In this document: piece by piece, positions 1 through 9,058 of the stretch
Layout of the letters: every line of letters starts with the position of its first letter
Position numbering within the stretch: the stretch's first letter is position 1
Assembly: GCA_965223905.1 (NCBI GenBank)
Contig: CBDCXV010000011.1
Span: forward strand, 2,048,001 to 2,112,000
Length of the DNA stretch: 64,000 nucleotides
Direction of reading: 5' to 3'
Source: Candidatus Latescibacterota bacterium
GTDB taxonomy: Bacteria; Latescibacterota; UBA2968; UBA8231
Position numbers and translations under genes: made by a program
The notes under the pieces: model-generated
What the model saw: the letters and a program-made list of their open reading frames with translations, nothing else
Told to the model about the DNA's origin: nothing
Databases searched by the model: none

Positions 1-133
1 GACTGCCGGCTCGTACCAAGTCCGCTGGGACGCCCGTGACCAGGAGGGCTCAGCAGTGTCGGCTGGGATCTATCTCCTGCGCCTGAACTTTCTCGGCGGC
101 GAGCAGACCCGGCGGTTGGTCCTGCTCAAGTAG
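1..133 (+). CDS. 3' end of a secreted protein with a FlgD-Ig-like C-terminal domain (partial)
   Basis: Frame 2 reads TAGSYQVRWDARDQEGSAVSAGIYLLRLNFLGGEQTRRLVLLK*, homologous to the C-termini of the 39-59 kb paralogs. Confidence 0.8.
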   Translation, partial: TAGSYQVRWDARDQEGSAVSAGIYLLRLNFLGGEQTRRLVLLK

Positions 134-274
134 CTCCTGTATCTGCGTCTATCATCCTCCTTAACGTGGCGGACCTGGGGAAAGCAGCATGAGCGGCAGA
201 TGTACATCTTGTAAACGCAAACTCGCCATGTATCCTTTCAGACACGTAAAATTCGAAAACGCGGGGAGCTGAAT

Positions 275-505
275 ATGAAAGATCCTTCTGTAGAAAAAGA
301 AATTCTCGATGAGATCCATAAATTGGAAGAAGGCCAACAAGCGGAGGTGCTGGAATTCGTTCGTTCGTTAGCAAAATCCGAGATGAAAGGCGTCCCTGGC
401 AAGACTCTGCTGCGCTTTGCAGGAACAATAGATAGAGAAGACTTGGACAAGATGGCTGAAGCGATCCAAGTCGACTGCGGAAGCGTAGATCTCCATGAAT
501 GGTAG
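275..505 (+). CDS. Putative antitoxin (DUF2281/VapB-like)
   Basis: 76-aa acidic ORF (LEEGQQAEVLEFVRSL) overlapping the downstream PIN toxin gene. Confidence 0.75.
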   Translation: MKDPSVEKEILDEIHKLEEGQQAEVLEFVRSLAKSEMKGVPGKTLLRFAGTIDREDLDKMAEAIQVDCGSVDLHEW

Positions 506-893
506 ATACCTACTGGATACCAATATCATCATCGCTCTCTTTGCTCAAGAAGGAATAATTCAGCAACGTCTGGGCCAAGCCGTTGAAGTTTTCTCGTCCA
601 GTATTGTACTTGGCGAACTGTATTATGGCGCTGGGCGATCCATTCGCGTGAATGAAAACATTCAGCGCATAAATGAATTCGCCTCCACAACGGTGGTCAT
701 TGGCTGCAATCAGGAAACGGCTCGACAGTATGGTCGGATAAAGAACGCGCTTCGGGCAGAGGGTCGTCCCATACCGGAGAATGATATATGGATAGCAGCT
801 CAGGCTCTACAGCATCAGTTGACTTTGGTCGCACGAGACGATCACTTTCAAGAAATTGACGCGATTTCTCTTGAACGATGGGAACGCAACTAA
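495..893 (+). CDS. vapC: PIN-domain ribonuclease toxin
   Basis: YLLDTNIIIALF...ELYYGA...GRPIPENDIWIAAQA...LVARDDHF motifs. Confidence 0.92.
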   Translation: MNGRYLLDTNIIIALFAQEGIIQQRLGQAVEVFSSSIVLGELYYGAGRSIRVNENIQRINEFASTTVVIGCNQETARQYGRIKNALRAEGRPIPENDIWIAAQALQHQLTLVARDDHFQEIDAISLERWERN

Positions 894-1391
894 TCTGACC
901 GTGGGACGCCCGCGACCAGCGGGGGTCCTCGATTCCGAGCGGCTTTGCTTCGCGCTCCCCGCGACCGCCTCGGCTTCTTCGAGGTCGTGCCCGACCCCAG
1001 GCCGAACCTGCTGCCGAGCGAGGACACCCACCAGCTCTACTGGCGGGAGCACATCGGCGACGACATGGTGCCGGAGTACGCCGACCCCCACTGCATCTCC
1101 TACCCCATCGATCTGAAGGGGCTTCGGCGTCGGTGTACGTCAACGCCCAGGGGATGTCCCCGCAGAACCGGCTCACCGTGGAACTGCTGGACGAGCGCAT
1201 GCGGACGCTTCCCGGGTACGGCAGGGCCGACTGCCTTCCCGTTGTCCACGGGCTGCGGACGCCGGTCGCCCTGGAAGGGAGCGCGGTCCCTGGAGGGGAT
1301 CGACTCTCCCGTGCGGGTGCGGATCAACTGGGAGTGCGAGCGTTCCGGCGACGTGTTTCTGTACGCGGCGTACGTGGCGAATGACGGCTGA
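894..1391 (+). pseudogene. 5'-truncated, frameshifted remnant of a probable beta-propeller/glycoside-hydrolase-like gene
   Basis: Coherent peptide across two frames (…DPHCISYPIDL / YVNAQGMSPQNRLTVELLDERMRTLPGY…GLRTPV / VRVRINWE…FLYAAYV*). Its 3' end overlaps the AKR start and no 5' part is present. Confidence 0.55.
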
Positions 1392-2265
1392 GATCGAAAC
1401 GCGGAGGATCGGGAAAACCGGGCTGACGGCCCGGGCCGTCGGGGTCGGCTGGGCGGCGATCACCGGCCTGCCGGACAGGGAGTCGACGGCGACGATCCGG
1501 CGGGCAATCGAGGTCGGGTTCGACTTCCACGACACCTCCTCGATGTACGCCGACAGCGAGCGCCGGGTCGGTCTCGCGCTGGAGGGGGGCTGGCGCGAGA
1601 AGGTGATCCTGCAGACCAAGGCCGGGTACCACCGCGGCATCCGCGGGTACGACTACTCCGGTCCCGCCATCCGCTCCTCGGTCGAGAACAGCCTGAGGAT
1701 GCTGAAGACCGACTACCTCGACTCGGTGCTCGTCCACGACCCGGAGGACATCGAGGCGGCGCTCGGTCCGGGCCGCGCCTTCGACGTGCTCCACCGCATG
1801 AAGGAGGAGGGGGTGATCGGGCACGTCGGGCTCGGCGTGCGCGGAATCGCCCAGCATCTGCGCGCCATGGAGGCGGGGATCGCCGAAATCCACCTGACCC
1901 ACATGGACTACACTCTCCTCGACCAGGAGGCCGGGCCGGTGCTGTTTCCGGAGCTGAAGAAGCAGGGGGTCGGCGTCCTCATCGCCAGCCCGCTCAAGCG
2001 GGTGCTCGCCGGGCCGGAGCCGGACCGCGCCGAGGAGCCGGAGGCGCACGCCATGTGGTCCTGGTGCCGCGACCGGGGCGCCAACCTCCGCGACCTCGCC
2101 CTGCAGTTCTGCCTGCGGGCGCCGATCGAGGCCATCGTCCTGACCGGTCCGGCCAGCGTCAGGCAGGTCGAAGAGAACTGGGCCTCGGCCCATGCCGAGG
2201 TGCCGGCCGACCTCTGGGCGGAGTTCAAGGCCGAGTTCGGGATCGTCGAGTACGACGGGTCCTAG
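1381..2265 (+). CDS. Aldo/keto reductase
   Basis: RRIGKTGL…GFDFHDTSSMYADSERRVG…QTKAG…SLRMLKTDYLDSVLVHDP, an AKR signature. Confidence 0.92.
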   Translation: MTAEIETRRIGKTGLTARAVGVGWAAITGLPDRESTATIRRAIEVGFDFHDTSSMYADSERRVGLALEGGWREKVILQTKAGYHRGIRGYDYSGPAIRSSVENSLRMLKTDYLDSVLVHDPEDIEAALGPGRAFDVLHRMKEEGVIGHVGLGVRGIAQHLRAMEAGIAEIHLTHMDYTLLDQEAGPVLFPELKKQGVGVLIASPLKRVLAGPEPDRAEEPEAHAMWSWCRDRGANLRDLALQFCLRAPIEAIVLTGPASVRQVEENWASAHAEVPADLWAEFKAEFGIVEYDGS

Positions 2266-2309
2266 TGCCTGCGGGCGGCCCCCTCATCCACCGGAACCGT
2301 GTCGCTGGG

Positions 2310-2590
2310 TTACGGAGACAGCAAGGCGCGTTTCACGGCCTCCGGCTCTTTCTGGATCACGCGCAGAAGCGTCGCCGCCGGACCGCTGACCCGCCGCGTT
2401 CCCTGCTCCCATTTCCGATACCCGGACAGCTCATGCCCATCAACGGCACTATCTGCGCCTGCGTGAGCTTCGCCTGCTTGCGGACCATTCGCGGCGATAT
2501 GGGGGTGTGAACGATGGCGGGGCCTTCGCCCTTCGCATGGGCGAGGGCTTCGGTGAGGGATTGGATCAGATCGTCGCCGAATGTGCTCAT
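2310..2590 (-). pseudogene. Xre/HigA-like HTH antitoxin, 1-bp frameshift near 2428, no cognate toxin
   Basis: MSTFGDDLIQSLTEALAHAKG…AKLTQAQIVPLMGMS, continuing in a shifted frame as LSGYRKWEQGTRRVSGPAATLLRVIQKEPEAVKRALLSP*. Confidence 0.75.
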
Positions 2591-2684
2591 GTCATCCTCG
2601 TTGCACAGCTTGTCAACCTGACCGGAGAAGGCCGGATCCTCCGCTACCGACTTCAGTACACCCGGACCGTTAGCGGAACTGACT

Positions 2685-3022
2685 TCACTGGTGGCGTATC
2701 TGAATAGTCCAGATTCGGACGGCAGGCTGTCCCAAGCCATCACGCTGCTGGCGACGAACTCGGTTTTCACTGTGTCGGGGACTGATGGGTGAATGCGGAA
2801 CAGGATCACGCCGCAAGGGGCAGGCATACGGTTTCGGTGCACCAGATCTCCAAAGTCCTTGTCGTAGGTGATCAGGGTGCGTCCTTCCCTCGTCGCCAGT
2901 TCCAGCAGGTCGGGGTCTGCTTCCCCCCGGTCGGTTTCCCGCGCCCAGCGCACATCGCAACCAGCAGTACGCAGCCGGACGACAATCTCTTCCGCCATAT
3001 TTTCGTCGGCCAGGACTCTCAC
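2685..3022 (-). CDS. DUF5615 PIN-like (VapC45-type) toxin, apparent frameshift near 2716
   Basis: MRVLADEN…DVRWA…EGRTLITYDKDFGDL…GVILFR. The natural end IWTIQIRHQ* lies in another frame. Confidence 0.8.
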
Positions 3023-3303
3023 GCCTCTTTGCCGTCCATAATGGCGTCAATGTCCTCCCAGGTAACGCTGGACAGCTTCGCGCCGGTGGCGGCATACTCG
3101 CGGCAGGCCCTGATGTCCTCCGGGGTGAGGTGGGAGTACATACGGATGATGTCGGCTTCACTCCGGCCCCCGTCCAGCAGCTCCATAACCAGTTCCACCG
3201 AGATCCGAGTGCCCCTTACCGTTGGTTTGCCTGCCAGAATAAGGGGATCGGTAACAATCCGCTCCTGCCAGATTGGTGACTGATCCTTGTCTTTATCGGT
3301 CAT
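3019..3303 (-). CDS. DUF433 antitoxin
   Basis: RIVTDPLILAGKPTVRGTRISVELVMELL…YSHLTPEDIRAC; overlaps the DUF5615 start. Confidence 0.9.
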   Translation of the reverse strand: MTDKDKDQSPIWQERIVTDPLILAGKPTVRGTRISVELVMELLDGGRSEADIIRMYSHLTPEDIRACREYAATGAKLSSVTWEDIDAIMDGKEA

Positions 3304-3733
3304 GGCCCATCTCCTCTTTTTCCTGGCGCTCCCTGTCAGACCCGGGGGCTGCCCGGTCACGTTGGACTTGGAATCTGCCTTGCTGAAATGCCATCAAAAT
3401 CAGGCTGGAACAATGAGGCGTGCCCCGGCAACCGGATGGAAGCGGACTGAAATAATATACCTCAGCGGGACGCCACCACCGCGGGCAGGCCGGTCTCACG
3501 GACCCGCTCATTGAACCCGGCCAGCGTTTTCCTGAACTGAAATCCGCGAGGAATCCTGAACCGGGTCCGGGCGGTCATGAGACGCGGAGTCGCATCGCCC
3601 AGCCCGTACCGGTACTCTGAACTGGCAAACGACCTGGAAATAAACCACCCAGAAATAACCCTGTTTCACCCCAGTTTCTGTTCAGTTGGAGTACACCTGA
3701 TATTTACGATTTCAATCTACGGAGGAGAATACC

Positions 3734-5472
3734 GTGAAAAACGACCGATTCGTGGTCTCCGCCCTGGTCGACTTCCCCGACGACTGCGGCAACATCGTCT
3801 TTACTCGGGCGCTGGTGGAAAACCTGATCGAGCGTCTGCAGTCGGTGGGCGCCACCAGGGTCTACTGGAACTTCTATCAGGCAGGTATGTGGGAGTTCTT
3901 CGGCGTCGGAAGTAAGGCTACCCGGGAGACACTCAGGAACCTTGGCGAGCCCGTGGCGGTGGGTGCCCGCGCCGCCCGCGAGCGGGGCATGGAGTTCTGG
4001 GCCACCATCAAGCCCTACGAGACCGGCGCCAGCCACTCCAACCCCAGGAACAGCCCCAAGATGCTCGAGTACCCCGGCCTTCCCGGCATCGGCGGCGACT
4101 ACACGGTCGACCCCTGGGTCCTGAACCACCCGCAAATGCGCCTGAAGATTCGCTCCGCGGACCTGCCGCAGGGGCTGGAGACGGTCCCGATCCGCCGCAT
4201 CCAGCTTCGCCAGAAGAACATGGCCCCGGTCCGCATCAAACCTGAGAACATTCAGATCTGGACCAGCGACGACAACGTGGGCTACCGGCGCAAGGACGTG
4301 TCGTTCAACGTCAGCGAATCGGTGGAGACCTGCCCCAGAAAGGTCGTCGAGATCCAGGGCGGTGCGGTGACCGGAAAGGGGGAGTCCGTGCGCGCCCTGG
4401 ACCTGACCGGCCTCGACCTTTTCGACCCCTTCATCGTCGTCACGACGGACTTCGACGACGACAGCGGCACCTTCGCCAACACCGCGCTGGAGATGGTCCG
4501 GGCTTACGGGCCGGAGGAGCGTGAGTTCCCCGTCGTCGTGGCCAGTCACAAAGCCATCTGGCGGCCCGAACGCGACCTGCGCACCGACGACCTGGAGTAC
4601 GACTGCGGCATTGGAGACGTGGTGGTCTGCCTGGACGTGACCAACTCGCGCAACGTTACCCCCGGCTGGTTCGGCACGGGCGCCACCAGGGACGGGGTCA
4701 TCGCCGTCGCCAGGGGGCGCAACGAGTACGTGTCCGGCGCGCTCTGCGAGGCCTACCCGGAAGTGAGGGATTACTGGTTGGACTGGGTGGGAACGTGCAT
4801 CGCCTCGGGTGTCGACGGGGTCGACGTGCGCATATCCAACCACAGCTCCTGGGTCAACACACAGGAGATATACGGCTTCAACGAGCCGGTGGCGGAGGAG
4901 TACGAACGGCGGTACGGCAGCGACCCCGACACAGGGTACTTCGACCCGGAGCTCCTCGGCGCAGTGCGGGGCGAGTTCTTCGACCACTTCCTGCGGGCGG
5001 CGAAGACCCGGCTTTCGGCAGCCGGCAAGAAGCTGTCCGTGCACACCGAGATGGAGGGATTCCGGCCGGATTCCTGCCAGGCCCGATGGAGGTCAATGCC
5101 CAACATCACCTTCAACTGGCGGAACTGGCTGCGGTCAGGCCTGGCCGACGAGGCCACCCTCTTTGGGAGAGCATGGAACGTCGACCGCCTACTCGACGAT
5201 CCCCTGACCCAGGAGATGCTGGGCGAGGCCGCCGCGGCCGGAGTGCCCGTGCATATGAACAATCCGGTCGGCACCATCACGAGGAGATGTCGGACGCCGA
5301 AAAGCTGGAGTACTCATACAGCAAGGGAGGGCTGGGCGGCTACTGCTTCTATGAGACCGCTGCGATGTACGACAGCGAGGAGCCGGTCAGCGCGGACGGC
5401 ACGCTCAACTTCCGCCCCGGCCTGCTGGAGTCGATCCGGAAAAAGGTCGACAGCCTGGGGCTGGGGGGATAA
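3734..5472 (+). CDS. Hypothetical TIM-barrel/glycoside-hydrolase-like protein, frameshift near 5270
   Basis: GGAGGAG RBS before a GTG start; ALCEAYPEVRDYWL…GVDGVDVRISNH…YGFNEP. The C-terminus (GLGGYCFYETAAMY…LGLGG*) is in a second frame. Confidence 0.7.
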
Positions 5473-5750
5473 CCGCAGAGCCTCGCCGTCCGCGCGGGTT
5501 GAACCCTCATTCGCCGATCCGGACGACGTTGGCCACGGTGGCGCGATCCTGGTGAAAAGCTGCCGCGGTAGACGCAGGATACATGCCCGAAATCCCCCCT
5601 CTCGGGGACCTGCCCCTGGATGCCGGTCAGCCCGGGGCAGGCTCCCGGGGTTTTGGCCTCAAAGCAGAATACGTACACTACGGGGGCGATGTTGAGGTGT
5701 GAATCGGGCGAGTGGGTGGGTGAAGTAAGAGGCAACGGAATGGAGGAATT

Positions 5751-6131
5751 ATGAACGCGATCCATATGATAGAAGACCTGAGACAGCGAGCTAATGAAGG
5801 CGATCCGGAAGCACAGTATAAACTTGGCTGGAGGTATTCCGCTGGTCGTGATGTACCCCAAAATGATGAAGAAGCGGTGAAGTGGCTCCGCAAGGCAGCC
5901 GATCAAGGCCTTGCTCAAGCCAAGCATGACCTTGGCGTGATGTATGCAAACGGCCAAGGCGTGCTGCAAGACTATTTGGAGGCCCACATGTGGTGGAATC
6001 TCGCCGCGGCACAGGGTAACGAGGAAGCACGAGAAAAACGCGATATAGTTGCCAGAATATTGACCGCTTCTCAAGTTTAGGATGCTCAGTGCCGGGCACG
6101 CAAAAAGATGGAAGAGATTCACGATGAATGA
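5751..6131 (+). CDS. Sel1-repeat protein; in-frame TAG at 6078-6080 removes the last helix
   Basis: GDPEAQYKLGWRY…EAVKWLRKAADQGLAQAKHDLGVMYANGQGV…AHMWWNLAAAQG. After the TAG the frame continues DAQCRARKKMEEIHDE* and overlaps the next start. Confidence 0.85.
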
Positions 6132-6499
6132 AGAAGAAACATTTGAGGAGACAGTCCAGAACTTCCAGCAGATAAATAAAATTCACTGGAACCTGGAGCA
6201 AAACGTTATTATAACCACTGAGGATAAGCTCAAGCTCTGTCTCTACAAAGCTATTGACCGTCTCGACGCCAAACGGAAGTGGTGGACACCATCGGCTCTC
6301 TTGGTGACACTCGTTCTTGCACTAACCACGGCCGAATTCAAAGAGCAATTCTCTATTTCGCCAGCAACTTGGCAGGCGGTTTTTCTTGATTTTGACAGCA
6401 GCCTCACTAATCTGGGCAGTTGTGGCTATATGGAAGGCGCGCAGAGTCGAGATATCCGTTGAATCGATCGTATCAGAAATTAAGCAGCCACATCAATAA
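6124..6499 (+). CDS. Small two-transmembrane hypothetical protein, +1 frameshift in a T run near 6380-6384
   Basis: …WWTPSALLVTLVLALTT…TWQAVF, then LILTAASLIWAVVAIWKARRVEISVESIVSEIKQPHQ* once one T is removed. Confidence 0.65.
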
Positions 6500-6616
6500 A
6501 CAGGGAACAGCGAGATTGAGAAAGCAGGAAATTCTCAGCACTTCTGGGATGAAATACTCCGGTTATTCAGCTCTTTCAGTCTGTAAATCCCTACGATTCC
6601 TTTCAAGGGTCATGTT

Positions 6617-7966
6617 ATGAAAATTATGAACATCAATTTTCACACATGGTGCCAAAATCATCTTAGCGATCACGACGCCAAATGGTGTCGAGAACTTTAT
6701 CCATGGAATGCATTTTCAGCGATAGATTACTGCGAGAAAAAAATCGGAAGGACACAAAAATTAGAATTAAGTCGGGTCGAGTATTTGGCAACTATACGAT
6801 ACTTCTATATTGGTGAAAAAAATAGAATCCATTATCTGATTGATTTGAAATCAAATCCAACATCCAAACGGACTGCGTGGCAAAATATATTGTGGGACAA
6901 TCAATTCCATCTGGTCGCCAGTTCCGATGGGAATTTCATTACTTTATTTACTGAAAAAAGAGACCCGGCAAAAAGTCTACTAGGATCTTTTATGGGTTCA
7001 GATTTGGACAGAGTCGAAGCCCAAAGGTGCCTACCATACAGCAGCTTACTGTTTCGAACTTTAGTTTCATATCGATCAGAAGAATTGTTCGGCAGGCTGA
7101 ACAATTCGAACCCCTTTGAATGGATACCGGGAGGTCTCCGAGAACTAGATCCCCACCACCAGTTTTCCCAATCAGCTCGTCTAATAACTCCGCTGTGGGC
7201 TAACGAAAGAATCCTTTGGGTAACTTCTGCGTGGACAGAAAAGAACGCACATCGGTTTGCGCTGTACAACGCAAATCAATGCGAAGAATTAGTTGTTGTC
7301 TATTGCCATCCAACATTCTCCTCCCACCACAGATGCTCGTATCCTAAAACCAAGATCACTTCCTTATTGAATTTCGTTTCGACCAGTGATAATCGAAAGA
7401 GGTCGGTCTTCCATCGTCAAGCCAAATTGTTAATTAACAATTTAAGAATTCATGACATAAGGAGTAAAAAGCAATCACTAACCTCTAAAGATATTGCGTC
7501 AGAAATAATGAGAACAAATAACGGAAAAGACATTACTATCCCCGTTTCACTATTACGGGAAGCGAAGTCAGGGCTTGAATTCGAAGTTGCTACATCCCAA
7601 GATGCTGCATATTTCTTTTCCTGCGCTAACTTGCTGAATGCGGCTTTGACTGGTCGGTATGGAATCGGCTCGATTCCTAGGTCATTGCGAAAAGAAGTGT
7701 ATTCGTTCAAGGGCCAAGTAGGAACAGTTGTGGAATCCTTAGTAAAAAACCCTATAGATGGAGTCGAGATCTATTTCGATGAACGTCTATTGTACGTTGC
7801 AATAGATGGAATTCAATTTAGCTTCCACGCCATTCCCCGCACACAGCCGATTAAGAACTTTATCGCAAATAATGCAAACCAGAAACAGCATTGGAGTGGC
7901 ATCCGATTGCAACCTATTTCCCCGTTGGTATTAGACTGGGGGCGAGCCAAATTCGTCGAGAGATGA
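6617..7966 (+). CDS. Hypothetical protein, 449 aa, AT-rich
   Basis: Long ORF with atypical composition; no family recognised; C-terminal motif LYVAIDGIQFSFH…WSGIRLQP. Confidence 0.75.
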   Translation: MKIMNINFHTWCQNHLSDHDAKWCRELYPWNAFSAIDYCEKKIGRTQKLELSRVEYLATIRYFYIGEKNRIHYLIDLKSNPTSKRTAWQNILWDNQFHLVASSDGNFITLFTEKRDPAKSLLGSFMGSDLDRVEAQRCLPYSSLLFRTLVSYRSEELFGRLNNSNPFEWIPGGLRELDPHHQFSQSARLITPLWANERILWVTSAWTEKNAHRFALYNANQCEELVVVYCHPTFSSHHRCSYPKTKITSLLNFVSTSDNRKRSVFHRQAKLLINNLRIHDIRSKKQSLTSKDIASEIMRTNNGKDITIPVSLLREAKSGLEFEVATSQDAAYFFSCANLLNAALTGRYGIGSIPRSLRKEVYSFKGQVGTVVESLVKNPIDGVEIYFDERLLYVAIDGIQFSFHAIPRTQPIKNFIANNANQKQHWSGIRLQPISPLVLDWGRAKFVER

Positions 7967-7984
7967 CGACGACTGATCATTTTT

Positions 7985-8118
7985 GGCTATATCTGGGTTT
8001 TCAAAGGACCATTTATACCATGTACAAAGAGAGATAGTGAGGGCTTCATACTGTTCGGAATCGAGCCGGAATCTGCGCAGGGATATCGAGGTCACCCAAC
8101 CACAGGTAAATCAAATCG
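7985..8118 (-). mobile_element. Remnant right end of a diverged ISL3-family element
   Basis: ggctatatctgggttttcaaa…gggcttcatactgttcggaatcgagccggaatctgcgcagggatatcgaggtc…cacaggtaaatca aligns with 11013-11145 (terminal IR plus the last transposase codons). Confidence 0.85.
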
Positions 8119-8216
8119 TACTGCGCAGCGATGGTAACTAATGGCAACTATCTGACACTCGACCCTGCTTGTGGCGTCAGGCCGGTGCTGATGACAAGGA
8201 GAGGAACGCCGATACA

Positions 8217-8750
8217 ATGCGGGAAACGACTGATGCTGCGAAGGTCCAGGAACTCATGCGGCTTCTCGGTACAGAGGCGCGAGGCAAAGGCCGGATCTAC
8301 CTCGTCGGGGGAAGTTCGGCGGTGTTGCTGGGTTGGCGGGGGACCACCGTCGATGTCGATCTCAAGCTCGATCCGGAATCCATCGGTGTTTTCCATGCGA
8401 TTGCCCGCGCCAAGAATATCTTGAACATAAACGTCGAGTTGGCGGCTCCCGACGATTTTATTCCTCCTCTTCCCAATTGGCGCGAGCGCAGCGCCTTCAT
8501 CGCTCGATACGGGTCGGTCGATTTTTTCCATTACGATTTCTACGCGCAGGCTCTCGCGAAGATTGAACGCGGACATGAACAGGATCTGCGCGATGTCGAG
8601 GCGATGCGCCGAGAACAATTGATTGAGCCGATGCGCCTGATCGAGTTTTTTGACGCGATTGAGCCAAGCTTGGTGCGTTATCCCGCGATTGATGCCGCCT
8701 GTTTCCGCGAGAAGGTGAAAAAGGCGGCGAAGGCGATGGAGGAGCAGTGA
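8217..8750 (+). CDS. DUF6036-type nucleotidyltransferase-fold protein
   Basis: IYLVGGSSAVLLGWRGTTVDVD (GG..DxD NTase motif), …QALAKIERGHEQDLRD. Confidence 0.78.
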   Translation: MRETTDAAKVQELMRLLGTEARGKGRIYLVGGSSAVLLGWRGTTVDVDLKLDPESIGVFHAIARAKNILNINVELAAPDDFIPPLPNWRERSAFIARYGSVDFFHYDFYAQALAKIERGHEQDLRDVEAMRREQLIEPMRLIEFFDAIEPSLVRYPAIDAACFREKVKKAAKAMEEQ

Positions 8751-9058
8751 CCAAGGTGCCGCAAAAAAACCTGCCCGGCGCGGATCTCGTTGTATCGGGC
8801 ATCGAAGCGTTGCAACGCGGTGAGATGACGGTCGAAGCCTTGCTTGTCGCCGTTGGCGCGACACGTCTGCGCGCGGCTGGTTTGCAGGTGCCTCAAGCAG
8901 GGTTGCCGGACCACCCTGAACTCGCGCTCTACACGGCCCTTGGTGCCATGTATCCCGGAGACACCCATTCCCGGTACAACAGCCTCATTCGCCGACTCGT
9001 CAGCTTCGAGCGGGCACTTGAAAGCCAAGCTGTACGCGCCGAAGTGGAGCCGGTATAG
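8747..9058 (+). CDS. Hypothetical helical protein coupled to the DUF6036 gene
   Basis: GTGA overlap with the upstream gene; LPGADLV…ALLVAVGATRLR…HSRYNSLIRRLVSFERAL. Confidence 0.7.
   Translation: MTKVPQKNLPGADLVVSGIEALQRGEMTVEALLVAVGATRLRAAGLQVPQAGLPDHPELALYTALGAMYPGDTHSRYNSLIRRLVSFERALESQAVRAEVEPV

Noticed and set aside
2357-3022. Apparent 221-aa PIN-HTH fusion ORF
   Set aside because: Produced by a frameshift joining the DUF5615 toxin to a separate HigA-like gene; each has its own natural end in another frame.
6078-6080. Amber recoding (pyrrolysine or alternative code)
   Set aside because: TAG terminates many genes in the window and no pyl genes are present.
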